Positions 13,190-24,883 of a stretch of 64,000 nt of DNA are shown here, piece by piece (the stretch's first letter is position 1; each line of letters opens with the position of its first letter). The stretch is taken from contig NW_024055473.1 in the NCBI RefSeq assembly GCF_902713615.1, positions 408,610 to 472,609 on the forward strand, written 5' to 3'. This stretch comes from Scyliorhinus canicula (Eukaryota). The notes below the pieces were generated by a model that had not been told where the DNA came from, did no database searches, and saw nothing but the letters and a program-made list of their open reading frames with translations. The position numbers were made by a program, and so were the translations under genes.

Positions 13190-13704
13190 ATGTTGGCTGT
13201 TATCTTTTACACATTGCTCACAAGTGCAGCTCTCTTAACTGGTAAGTTTACAAGTTGCACAGTTTTCTCTTTGCTCGTAATACCGATATAGAAATCATCA
13301 TTGAAATGTATCTCCCCTCCGTTTGCAATCTATGTCCTTAACTTGGAAACACCGTGATAATAAAAAAATAAAGACCACTATTTCTAAATGTTTTCAGGGG
13401 TTAGAGGTGAAGACTGGGTCTCTCAAGAGCCGCTTGCAGTGACACAATTTGAAGAAGACTCAGTGACCATTATTTACAGCTATTCGACCAGAGCGGATTC
13501 ATATTATTTACAGCTGTACCGTCAGGACAGGAACAAAGCCCCCACATTATTGATCTACATCTATAACTACGGAGATGTTTCCAGAGCAGAGGGTGTGGGG
13601 AGTCGATTTTCTGCATCTCTGGATACTTCAAAAGGAGAGGGGAATTTCACCATCCAGGAGTTGCGGCTGTCTGACAGCGCGGTGTATTACTGCGGACTGA
13701 GAGA
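13190..13704 (+). pseudogene. TCR alpha/delta V segment 'V5': open frame but lacks the first Cys and the conserved Trp (leader 13190-13241, V exon 13398-13704)
   Basis: VTIIYSYS has Tyr (TAC) where paralogue V7 has TGC. LQLYRQ replaces the usual W-YRQ. The exon ends YYCGLRD. Confidence 0.7.
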
Positions 13705-13743
13705 CACAGTGACGGCAACCAGAGGGAGCCTCGTACAAAACAC
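13705..13743 (+). other. 23-RSS of V5
   Basis: CACAGTG, 23-nt spacer, ACAAAACAC. Confidence 0.8.
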
Positions 13744-14859
13744 TGGCACAGTGTGACAAAGAGAATAGGGAGCAGAGGGGGGAAAGCTGGGCTTTATGAA
13801 CCTATCAGCTGATATTTCTGATTGAAATATACCCAAATTATGCACAAGCCGAGAGCAGCAGATGCTGCGCTGGGGATGGGTTTCTCGGCTTATTTTACAT
13901 CCAAAAAATTACAGTATTTATTTCGGGTTCCAACTTGAATTGACAATTGACATTGTGAACCAGTCTTTCAAACACCAGGTAAATGCAGCAGTAGGTATAT
14001 AACACTGAGGTGTGCTCAGGTCAAATGTACAAATAGTTTGTGCAGAAAGCCTTACCCGATGTGTTCAGATTTCCCAGAGCGATTCTGGTGCTTATGGAAA
14101 ACTTCGTGCTGTTCATTTCCATTTGATTGTTGTAGTCAATTGTTTTTGTTACCGTTAATCCAGGTGCTTAAATCTGCCCTTATGGATAATTTACTTATGA
14201 ATCATTGTTCATCAGCTCCTAATCATGCCCGGAAAATAACCTCTGTACTTTTTCTACATTAAGGATTGATTGTTCGGTAGCACAGACCTGAGCATTGCTA
14301 AAAATAATTGTCGAAGTTTTTGGCCTTGTACTCATCAGGACAATGGTAAGAACAGCAATGTCAGGGGAAACAACAACATGGACTTTTTCAGCGATGTTAA
14401 AGATTCTGAGTTTTAATATGTGTCAGTGACATTAACATTGAGAGATGTTCAATCGGGTTATTATGATTATTAAGATTATCCTCACCCAGTGGGCATTGGT
14501 TTGCACTATAGACTGATATTTCAAACCAAAAATGACTTGTCGCTCAGAGATTTCCTGAACAGCGGTCAGGGATATAAATAGTTCCCGGCCACCTGCACAG
14601 TTTACTTTCTCAGTGGTTGTGGCGAGTTCTCAGATATCCCCGTACCAGCATCAACTAATTCTGCTCTCAGTAAATGCAATAATCGGACTGAATGATTTTA
14701 GATGGTGATAAGGGGATTGTACTCGGGGTCTGTGCTCACAAGAAACATTCACGTTTCAGTGTCTGAGTCGCTGTTATAAACAGCTCCCAACATACAGCAG
14801 CTGTGACCCAGAAACCTGCGGCAGTTTTTATTCGAGACTTTCCCTCGTTCCCATCAGGG

Positions 14860-15160
14860 AGACTCTGCACAGTAATAGACCGCGGTGTCAGACAGCCGCA
14901 GCTCCGAGATGGCCAATCAGTACAACTTGTCCGACTGCTGGACTGTATCAGAAACCGGCCCTGTGCGAAATCCGCCTTCAATTCATCACCGCCACCCGTG
15001 TGCCTCCGGACCGCAAACTCGGGCTGTCTGTCTGGGTATTGATGCTACCAGAATAAATAATAAGCATCATCGATATATGTGCAGGTTAGCGTGACATCTT
15101 CCCCCTCTGTCTGTGTGAGTGAGGATTCCCGCGGAGTCATATAATCTCCATCGCTCAGAC
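14860..15160 (-). pseudogene. TCR V pseudogene 'V6'
   Basis: Acceptor gtgttgcag, then ...DVTLTCTY..YLFW* (TAG for Tyr). A frameshift precedes LAISELRLSDTAVYYCA. The heptamer is lost and only a nonamer-like ATAAAAACT remains. Confidence 0.85.
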
Positions 15161-15789
15161 CTGCAACACACGGTTATAGAATGTGGAAATAAGTGATTGA
15201 ATTTCAATTTAACTGAACTGAGGGTGAAAATTCCATCAGTGTAACATAAAAAAATAGAATTTAGAGCACAAGAAAGCTCGTTCGGCCCAATTGTTTCATG
15301 TCAGTGTTTACAATCCCCAGGAGAATCCTCCATCTCGCCTCATCTCATTGTATCAGCAAATCCCTCCACCCCTATCTCTCTCATATGTTTATCTAGTTTC
15401 CCTTGAAATGTATCAGTGCTCCGCTCCTCAGCTCTTCCTTGTGTTAATTTGAGCCACATTCTTCCTCTCTTTCTAAAGTGATTTTTCCTTATTTCCCAGT
15501 TAGAAAATTTGGGGGTGCTTCGATTCCTGGCACCGAGATTTGGAACCTGTGGAATTATCCTCTCCACACGCCCAACAGATCATAGTAAAGACATCAAGGT
15601 TGACTTCCTGTTAGTACAGAAAAGAACCAGAACATTTACATTGCTTTCTGATAGATATCATCATCCAATTCGGTATCGTCACTCTAAATCACGTATGCTT
15701 TGTGTTTTGCCAATATAAACTCCTATAAAGAAGAGGCTAGTAGGGCATAGACGCGTGTTTTCCCAGGCAGGTTGGGTACTTGATTACCA

Positions 15790-16165
15790 CAAGGGTACTG
15801 CTTTCCAAATTTATTCCTCTAGAAATGAACTTTTAAAAAAGTTTTAAACGTCTTACCAGCAATGAATGTTATCCAGATCACAGCGAGAACGGGGATCCGC
15901 ATTGCTGCTGGTCCTGGATTGCGCGGACTAATTATGTCTCAGAAACCTGCAGAAACCCAACAAGATAAAGCTGAGAGCATTGGCTGAGGCTGCTCTGACG
16001 TCACTGCCTATGGAACGAATGATAGGAAGAGCTAGGATAGCTGGATCTGATTGGTCTGTTGTCACCTTTTTAACAATACATGTTTATTCCAGGGAATTAA
16101 GGCAGTTGCCGTGCATTTTGATCATCAGCGCGAGACCGGAAAACACAGAAAACTTGATCCCGAAT
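15790..16165 (+). repeat. About 370-bp promoter-like module (CCAAT + CRE), inverted copy of 17575-17935
   Basis: Shared ctgctttccaaatttattcct...gcattgctgctgg...gctgagagcattgg.tgaggc.gctctgacgtcact.cctat.gaacgaatgat...gaggcagttgccgtg. Confidence 0.8.
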
Positions 16166-16610
16166 TGATCTGAGAGACATTTGTATCTTCGGCTCACCTG
16201 AAAGAAACAGCCTTGAAGAAAGAAAATACAAGTGCTGAATGTGGATGAAGGTGTTCCGAGCATTTTATTCACTAAAAATACTTAATTTGTGGAGGGGATG
16301 AAAGGAAATATGTTCTCAGACTTGTTTTGGCTTCGTGTCGTATCAAACAGAGCGGGAAAATACAATGACAATCAGCTGGAGAAAGTTTCAATTTAACCTA
16401 TGTTAAAATGTCAGTTTGTCAAATAAACCTTAAATGTTTCCACTCAATTGCTCATTATTGAGTGAATCAAATCTGACATCTAACACCTCTGTTCAGCGCT
16501 TCTGGGATCTGTCTTGTGGCTCCATTTTCAAGTCCATCTGCTCATTGCTAGCAGTAGCGATACATCCCTCCACGGTCCACTATTCCGTCCACTCTGTCAC
16601 AATGCTGCAG

Positions 16611-16649
16611 TGTTTTTGTCCGAGGCTCCCTCTGGTCGCTGTCACTGTG
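16611..16649 (-). other. 23-RSS of V7
   Basis: CACAGTG, 23-nt spacer, ACAAAAACA. Confidence 0.85.
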
Positions 16650-17078
16650 TCTCCCAATCCGCAGTAATACACCGCGCTGTCAGACAGCCGCAGCTCCCGG
16701 ATGATGAAATTCCCCTCACTTTTCGAAGTGTCGAGAGATGCTGAAAATCGAGTCCCCACGCCCTCTGCATGAAAACATCTTCGTATTTCGGGATGTCGCC
16801 CATAAATGTGGGGGCTATATCCGGGCCCTGGCAGTACAGCTGTAAATCATGCTAATCAGCAGTGGTCGAATTGCTGCAATTAATTATCACGGTGTCTCAT
16901 TCAAAATGTGTTTCGGAAACCGGTTCGTGTGAGGCTGAGTCTAAACCACTAACGGCTGGTAGAAATAAATAGAAAACACAGAACACATTGCCTACACGAT
17001 GGAGATTTTGTATTCTGTAAACTTCTCAGTTAAGAGAGCTGCAGTTGTGAGGAATGAATATAAAGCAACGACCAACAT
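16650..17078 (-). pseudogene. TCR V pseudogene 'V7' (V5 family; leader 17078-17027, V exon 16955-16650)
   Basis: The leader MLVVALYSFLTTAALLT has its donor mutated GT to AG. The V exon has in-frame TGA and TAG. The 3' end ELRLSDSAVYYCGLG and the RSS spacer are near-identical to V5. Confidence 0.88.
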
Positions 17079-17574
17079 GTTTGCAGAGAGCTGACAGCGG
17101 ATTTGAACCTGAAATTATATTTGTGATGAGTTGGGTTCGGGATGAGTAACACCTGGTATCTTTGCCGATTGGTTCTTTCCTGACAGATCATCACCTTTTA
17201 CCCAATTAGTTCATGGGGTATTTGTTCCAGTCTTGATCCAATCAGCTGAGAGCTCCTTCATGCTCCAATTCATGACATAAGGGCGGGAAGCATTGAATCG
17301 AACAGGGAACATGAATTAAACACAATGTTGTCTCTTCAACAGTTTCACTTTGCGAGATGGGTAAAGTGAAGGGAAATAGCTCTTAATGTGTTACTAACAA
17401 TGGCGGTAGCTCCCATTCACAGAACTTCTCACTGGTTATTGCAGCTACTACGGCTAGTAAAGGCCCATCGAGAGGACAAGTGAGCAGTGAAAGCTTTCAG
17501 TTCCGCCAATTCCAGCTAACGGCTGGTAGATGGAATAAATGGCGTCGGTTTGGCAGGTTTGAACAGAATATTAA

Positions 17575-17935
17575 ACATTAAGGATCAAGCTGTCTGTGTT
17601 CTCGTGCCGCTCTGATCAACAGAATCCACGGCAACTGCCTCAGTTCTCTGGAATAAACGTGTGGTTAAATAGGTGACATCAGACTAATCAGATCAGCGAA
17701 TCCTGCTCTTCCGATCATTCGTTCGATAGGTAGTGACGTCAGAGCCGCCTCACCCAATGCTCTCAGCTTGATCTTGTTGGATGTTCTGCTGGTTTCTGAG
17801 CATCAAGAACCAGCAGCAATGCAGATCCGCTGATGTTGCTGAAATGCGGGTAACATTCATTGTTGGAAAGGCGCTTAAAACTTTTGTTAAAAGTTAAATT
17901 GTGGCAGGAATAAATTTGGAAAGCAGGACAAGCAC
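17575..17935 (-). repeat. Second copy of the CCAAT/CRE module
   Basis: Reverse-complement match to 15790-16165; TGACGTCA at 17734-17741. Confidence 0.8.
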
Positions 17936-18929
17936 GTCAAACAAGCATCAGACCAGCCTTAGTGTACACATTAATCTTTGTCCTGGTCTCCTCCTTACAG
18001 GGGTATATATTCGCGAAACACAATGCAAACGCTAGTTACAGTGACGTTACCGGAATTAGAAGATGATATCTAGCAGAAAGCAGTGTAAATGCTGTGGTTC
18101 TTTTCTGTACTGACGGGAAGTCAACTTTGATGTCTTTACATTGATGTGATGGACGTGTGGAGAGACTAATTCCACATGTGGAATGTTCCAACTCGCCGTG
18201 TCAGAAATCTGCAGAACATGCACATTTTTGGACACAAGTAGAAATACAAAATCCAGTCGAACTGAACTGCTGACCTAACCAACGACAGAAATGGGCCCTG
18301 GGATACAATGTCTGCAGTAGCACAATCGGGTTAAACCGAGAGAAGTAAACGCAATAACGCAATGTCCAGCAATATCACAGATTCAAAACTGATCAAACTA
18401 TCAGCTGCCATCGCAATTGATGGAGTGGAAATATCAGCGATTGAGTCTTCAGAAGTTTTTGCCCATTCTGCACATTTTCATTGCGCCAGTGACTGAGGAA
18501 ACAGAAAAACATTATGTGGGCAGGAAGGACCCAGATTCACAAACATTTAGGGAACGGAATGAGGCTTATTTTAAAGTGCGACCCCTAGCGGCTTTCACAC
18601 CCGTATTTTCCACGTTGCCATCCGTTTTCAATTTATGGCAATATCCATTTGACAAGTTCCTGTGTATCTTCGCTCTTTATCATTTTGACGCGGTATTCCC
18701 GATAATAAGAAATCACAATGGAAAAAATAAAGTTCGTCCTTCACTATCCATTTTTCCATGAAATTAATGTGGTTTTGTCATTGAATCTTCTTCCAATGGA
18801 AATAATTACATGCGATCCCCTCCAGGACAAGGGCAAACTTCTGAGGAGGTAAATTGATTCTCTTTTCTATCTTTTTTTGTGACAAGCAAAAGAATCCAAG
18901 ATTCCCTTGTCTGTTTTCATTCCTGGTAC

Positions 18930-19530
18930 TCTTCTGCTATATAATGTGGTCACTCTCTCCAACATTGTCAGCGTCCAGATGTTCCACTGGGCCTTGGTGG
19001 CTCCAGTTTGATAGAAACGAAGAGAAAACAACAACAATTTCAAAATTCAGAATCAGCCTCATATCGAACAACATAACGGTCATCCATAGCATCTTCGTTA
19101 TTATTTAATGGACAATAATTACACAGTGAGGGGAGAATGGGGGTTTTGCAGTGAAGGAAATACTGAATAGCGAGATCATAACGAAGAGAGCGAGAGGCGG
19201 TTCCCCGCGATAGTTCCTGAATCAATCGCTCTTCAGGGCAGGCAATTATCTATCAGAGGAACAATCTAGATTCAGGTCCCACTGCATTGCTGATCCAACC
19301 AAAGACGAGAATCAACCAGCGGCAGCAATGTCTAGAATAACACAATGGCGTTAGAGCGAGAACAACAAACGGAAACTGTGACCGGGGACGGGGCAGACTC
19401 AAAGCTGAAAAAAGTGTGCGCCGGTTATTATCAGCTGCATTCGCAAGTGAGGGAGCGGAAATAGTAACATGCAGCAGCCTGTGATCACCCTGCATCCGCT
19501 CACTGCTCAACTCACTGAGAACAATATAGC
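18930..19530 (-). pseudogene. Degenerate V8-family remnant (promoter, dead leader, intron, 5' end of V exon)
   Basis: 19270-19530 aligns with 23605-23870. The leader remnant GCGGGGAACCGCCTC matches ATGAGGAACCGTCTC. The exon remnant TGG AGC CAC CAA GGC CCA GTG GAA matches TGG AGC CAG CAG GAC ACC GTG GAA, then breaks down. Confidence 0.65.
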
Positions 19531-19754
19531 GTCAGGTGGAGGGGGTGATTCAACTGACGCTACCTGCACCTATTTGTAAGAGGTATTTCTATTGCCCTTT
19601 TCACCCTGCATTTAAATCCCGCGCTTGTTTCTGCTCCCACGTTCTGACAAAACCTTTTCAAATGTTCCACTGATTATTCTTCTCCTATCAATTTTGACGC
19701 CAGACTCCAAATGGTAACAACTCACAGTGCAATTAATGCAGCTTGCTTGCACAC

Positions 19755-19826
19755 AATGCGGTGGCCAAGCGGAAAGGCGTTGGTTTCGTAAATCAAAAAT
19801 CGTGTGTTCAAACCCCGTCCGTACCT
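19755..19826 (+). pseudogene. tRNA-Thr(CGT) pseudogene
   Basis: Colinear with vertebrate tRNA-Thr-CGT (GCGGTGGCCAAG.GG.AAGGCGT.GGT.TCGTAAA...GTTC.AACCCCGTCCGT.CCT). The first two acceptor-stem pairs are broken and the T-loop reads TTCAAAC. Confidence 0.75.
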
Positions 19827-20535
19827 CCGTGTCGCTGCTCGGCTTACCCATCCTTACCCGCAGCAGGCAATATCATCCACCTGCCCCGGTCTTCTTTTTA
19901 AAACATTGAACCTTCAGCTGATGAAAATAATTCCGGACAATCTGAATAAAACAAAATTCTGAGCGCATCAGTTTTTGTACTCTTTTGTACCTTCTTAGTT
20001 ATAATCAAAATAAACAAAACTAGTCTGTTCAGCCCTGCTGTTATTCTGATTTATAACCTCCGCAAGTCTTGGAAATCTTTCGACTTCGTCATCCCAGGGC
20101 TTAAACAGAGAAATGCAGCGATGATTTGCACAGACTATGCATCCCTTTCTGATTACAAACACCATTAGTAACAAAGACAGTGTCTAAACAGCAGCAATTT
20201 CGATTTCTAAATAGCTTTCGGGTCCTGGTATGTGTTGCAGTAAACTCTGAATCCACGCAACAGCTGAATACAATGTACGCTTATTGTACAATAACCGCAA
20301 CATGAGAAGTACTATCAGCCTGGGACATGGGAAGCACAGGTGCCGGGTTTAGTCTTTAATAGAAAATAATTTGTCGATCGGAAATCCTCGAAGTTTCTAT
20401 TTACATGACATGTCTTAAGTTGGATTCCCACACAGATCAGGGACTGACTTCGCCCAGTTGAGACGAAGGGGTGCTAAGGGGCAACTTAACATGGCTAATC
20501 CAGATTTCTTACACATCTTTGAACTGTGGGAGGAA

Positions 20536-20740
20536 ATTGCTTCTCGGCCTTTTGGCTAAGATGAGCGTGAGGTTAGGTGTAATGCCTGGATCTGGTATGT
20601 CTCTCTGATGGGGTCCGTGAATTGGATTCAATTTGAATTGTTTTTTGGAGCAGGCAAGGAGCTGCATTAGGGGTTCGCCCCGGACCACACTCTCAGCTCC
20701 GGCTTTGTAACTTTGATAACGTAATAATAATAAAAAAGAA
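20536..20740 (+). mobile_element. U2-snRNA-derived retroposed insert inside a minus-strand SINE (about 20490-20880)
   Basis: 26 of the first 27 nt match the U2 5' end. TTTTTTGGAGCAGG lies at a colinear position. The insert ends in a (taa)n/A-rich tail. Confidence 0.7.
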
Positions 20741-20899
20741 TCTTAAGCAGTCAGAGGAAATCCTCGCAGACACGGGGAGAAAGTGCAATCTGTACACAGA
20801 AAGTCAGTCACGGCCGGAAGTGAACCGGGGTCCCTGGCGCTATGAGACAGCAGTGCTAACCACTGTGCCGTTCCTGTGCCACCGCACCGCCCCTGTTTG

Positions 20900-21510
20900 C
20901 AGTGACAACAGAGGCATGAATTATAAAAGCAGGGAGATCATGTTGGACTTGTACAGAACTGTCGTGAGACCACAGCTGGAGTACTGTGTGCAGTTCTGGT
21001 CGCCACATTATAGGAAGGATGTGATTGCACTGGAGGGGGAGCAGAGGAGATTCACCAGGATGTTGCCTGGGATGGAACATTTATGTTCTGAAGAGAGGTT
21101 TGATAGGCTTGGGTTGTTTTCGCTGGAGCAGAGAAGGCTGAGGGGCGACCTGATGGAGGTTTACAAGATTATGAGGGGCATGGACAGGATGGATAGGGAG
21201 CAGCTGTTCTCCTTAATTGAAGGGTCAGTTACGAGGGGACACAGGTTCAAGGTGAGGAGCAGGATGTTATGGGGGATTTGAGGGAAATCTTACTTACCTA
21301 GAGGGTGGTGACGGTCTGGAATAAACTACCTGGAAGGGTGGTAGAGGCAGTCTGCTTCACATCCTTTAAATAGTGCCAGGATAAGCACATGGCACGTAAT
21401 AACATTCAAGTGCTGGAAAATAGGGTTCGGTAGTTCGGTTCGGTGTTTTCTGCGTGTTGGTGCAGACGCGATGGCCGAAGGGCCTCGTCTGAACTGTGTG
21501 GTTCTGTGTA
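20900..21510 (+). mobile_element. CR1 LINE 3' fragment
   Basis: RPQLEYCVQFWSPHYRKDV...RRLRGDLMEVYKI. Confidence 0.88.
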
Positions 21511-21829
21511 TCTGCGATTCTGAGGGCTATAACATTCCTGGCATTATGTTAATTCCACGAGTTACAATCCTCTAGGTTTGCCACGTATACATTTATATCC
21601 AGATATTGGCTGCCCAATACTACTGGTCTTGCCTTTCACTGGAGTGTCGCTGGCATGGAGGAATGCATTTCTCTGCTGCAATAAAGCAAGATATGATAAT
21701 TTTCTGATAACAAGAACCACGAACCGGCTGCGGCATAGAGCTCACCACACCATTGAAGGATAACAAACACTGACTCGGGAAAATGCAGGGATTTTTCATT
21801 GCCACATGAGCATCCGACTTGGGAGCAGG

Positions 21830-22445
21830 GAGTCGGTCAATCGGCCACTCGAGTCTACTCCACAATTCAATGAGATCATGGCTAAGGTGACCATGGCCTC
21901 AGCTCCACATTCCATGTAACCCAAGGACGCTGGCAAGACGTACAATTAGTAAGTTCGCAGATTCCGACAACATTGTTGCTGTGGTTAATAGTGAGGAGGA
22001 AAACCTTAGAATAGTGGCAAATGGACTCTGAAAAGTGCGAGGTGATGCACTTTGGCAGGACTAAAAAGGCATAGGAATATACAATGAAGGGTAGGACGCT
22101 ATGAATTACAGTAACCAGAGGGACCCCGGCTGCGGATCCAAAGACCCCTGAAGGTTGAGGGCAAGTTGTTAAGAAGGCTTATGAAATATTTGAGTTTATG
22201 TTCCGTTGAATATAAGATCAGGGAGGCTATGATGGAGCTGTAGGAATGCTTGGTGGGCCACAGTGTGCAGTTCTGGTCACGACACTGTAGCAAATATTTG
22301 ACTGCAGTGGAGAGGGTGCAGTGGAGAGTCACCAGCATGGTGCCGGGGCTGGAGTGTTTCAGCTATGAAGAGAGGCTGGTCAGGTTGGGGTTGTTGTCCT
22401 TGGAGCAGAGAAGGCTGAAGGGGGACTTGATTGAGGCATATTAAA
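21830..22445 (+). mobile_element. Decayed CR1 LINE fragment
   Basis: VQFWSRH...ERVQWRVTSMVPGLE...RRLKGDLIEAY. Confidence 0.8.
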
Positions 22446-23005
22446 TCCATCTAATCCACCTATTCTGCATATTGGTAGCCACAGCATATTTTTGGATCGA
22501 GGGAGGAAACCAAATCAGACACGGGGGAGATGCATAAACTCGTCCAAGGCCTGATTGAATCTGGGCCCCTGGCGCTGTGAAGTAGCAGTGCTAGCCACTG
22601 TGTCACCCCAAATAACCAAACTCTTTGACCACGTTTTTGACCATACGACCTAAATGTTCCTCACAAACTCCTCGGGACATGTAATGATGGGAAAAGCTCG
22701 ATATGTACATAAATTGCTGCATTTGTTGTAGTTCAGTGAGACCTGATAGTTTACTGAGTGAGTGAGTCTGTACACAGGATATGAACAAGAAGCAGGAGTT
22801 AAGGAATCACAGATCGATTCGTCAATCTTATATCTGTTATGAATTCGTGTTGCAATCGTCAACTGTTATAACTGTGGAAGTGGACCTCACCTCTTGCTGT
22901 TTTTGAGTGTTGTTTTCTTACAAATTTTGTCACTCTGAGTATGGAAACTGAACTGCCCATGAGGACGCGCCCCCTGCTGAGCAGCAGCTGGAACTGCCAG
23001 TGTGG

Positions 23006-23045
23006 GGTTTTTGTACGGGATCCACCATGTCTCTGCAGCAGTGTG
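23006..23045 (-). other. RSS of V8 (24-nt spacer)
   Basis: CACACTG, 24-nt spacer, ACAAAAACC. Confidence 0.8.
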
Positions 23046-23540
23046 GGCTGCATGGCACAGAAATACACGGCGCTGTCGGAGATCATTGTGTTACTGATCG
23101 TTAGCTTGGTAGTCTTGTTCTTTTTATCAAACGTAGAAGAAAACCGATCACTGAGGTCGGTGTTCCTTTGCACATTTTGTCCAATAAAACAGAACATGTA
23201 CATTGGAGCTTTCCCGGGCTGCTGACTGTACCAGTACACATAAAGGTTAGCAGCGCTTGTTTTCAAGATGCAGGTTAATGTCATTTCACTTTTCTCTTTA
23301 ACCTTTATTTCAGGTTCCTTTTGTTCCACGGTGTCCTGCTGGCTCCATTCTACCAGAAATAACAGCGATAATGACAATCAGAGTCAGCCTCATATTAAGC
23401 AATAAAAGAATCTGAAAAATAATCATTGTAATTTTACCTACAATAACACCTGGGTTACAGCAGTCAGGAAGAGAACTGGGAAGGAAATACTTACTGAGAA
23501 GTGAGATGACTATGAGGAGCGAAGCGAGACGGTTCCTCAT
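23046..23540 (-). CDS. TCR alpha/delta V segment 'V8', open (leader 23540-23495, V exon 23349-23046)
   Basis: Leader MRNRLASLLIVISLL followed by gtaagt. V exon ...MTLTCILK...VYWYSQQPGKAP...DSAVYFCAMQP. Confidence 0.88.
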
Positions 23541-23982
23541 GATATACCTTGAGTTTGTAACTCTACAATGAGATCAATCCTCTGTCAGAGATATAAATAC
23601 AGATCCCCGTCACACTGCACTGCTGATCCGGCCAATGAGAGGAATGAACAAGCAGCAGCAAACTCTCCAGTAACACATTGGGTCAGAATGAGAGCAGCAA
23701 CCGGAAGCTCTGGGCGGGGATACCGCAGTCTGAATATTGAGTGAAGTGTGCAGTGACTCTCAGCTGCACTCGGAACTGATGGAGCGGAAATAGCGACGGT
23801 TGAATCTTCCCTACACCGTAACCATCCTGCACCTGCTCACTGTTCAAGACACTGTGAAGAAAATATCGGGAAGGACATGACGGACTAGAATCTAGAATTT
23901 TCGAGTCAGGGATGAAGCCACACGATCTATATTGCCCGAGACACTTTGAAATCGTTATCTTATTCTTCATCCAAAAACAGCA

Positions 23983-24038
23983 TTTTCTATATACCCCGGT
24001 AATTCTATATACCCCGGTAATTCTATATACCCCGGTAA
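23983..24038. repeat. 18-bp tandem repeat x3
   Basis: (ttctatataccccggtaa)3. Confidence 0.85.
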
Positions 24039-24883
24039 TCCCCTTTATATTTCCTTCTAAAAGTTATTGCTGAATCTTCTTCCTTTATTTAGACACGTCT
24101 TCTATAGTTTAGGAAATCGCAGTGTCCCTCTCCATGCGGTCAACTATCAGCCTGGAGGGAGCAGCGGGAAACGTGTGGATATAATCAGAACTTGACACCG
24201 TTCGGACACTTGAAAATAGAAAATCCGAATATCAATTCTAGGGGAATGCACGCAGAAGGGGGAACATACACAGAGCCTGCAGGTTGTCTACAAAGATCAT
24301 CGACACCAGTTGAACAGAGGGGAAATATAAGTTAATATTGGAGCATGGTTGGTGTGGTTTGTTAATGTTCATTGTGCAGCTCAGAACGGGAAATACTGAC
24401 AGGCAGGCAGCTGGGAATTTTCATTCTTAAATACATTTGATTATTGTCTTATGTTCTGATAAGTGTTGCACAAGCCTGGACATTCACCAACAGCATTTCT
24501 TTAGAAACACACGCTGCACAAACGCACACTGATAACTGTACTGTTATATTTTGCTATTAAGAATGAGTATAATTTATATTCAGATGATAACTATCCACGT
24601 AAAAGGCAGCACAATGGGCTAAATGGCTGGCTTGTCATGCAGAACAATGCTACCAGCGCGGGTTCAAATACCGTACTGGCCTCCCCGAACAGGCGCCGGA
24701 ATTTGGCGATTAGGGGCTATTCACAGTAACTTCATTAAAGCCTACTTGTGACAATAAGCGATTGCGATTATGATTAAATATCAGAGGTATAACGACAAGC
24801 AAGGTGGTACGCTGCTGGGTGATCTTCGACCCCCTCTGATTATAACATCGCTGAAGTGTTGCTATGTGCATAAACGCTTTGAC

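Noticed and set aside
16193-16263. Possible leader exon for pseudogene V6 (hydrophobic stretch ending CAG/GTGAG)
   Set aside because: The available ATG gives phase 0, not phase 1, and the phase-1 frame has no ATG. It is too uncertain to annotate.
17505-17550. Copy of the V7 acceptor-like string (atttatt..ctaccag/CCGTTAG) suggesting another V exon
   Set aside because: The downstream frame stops within 8 codons and shows no V motifs or RSS.
22998-23004. Second CACACTG directly beyond the V8 nonamer
   Set aside because: No nonamer at a 12- or 23-nt spacing.
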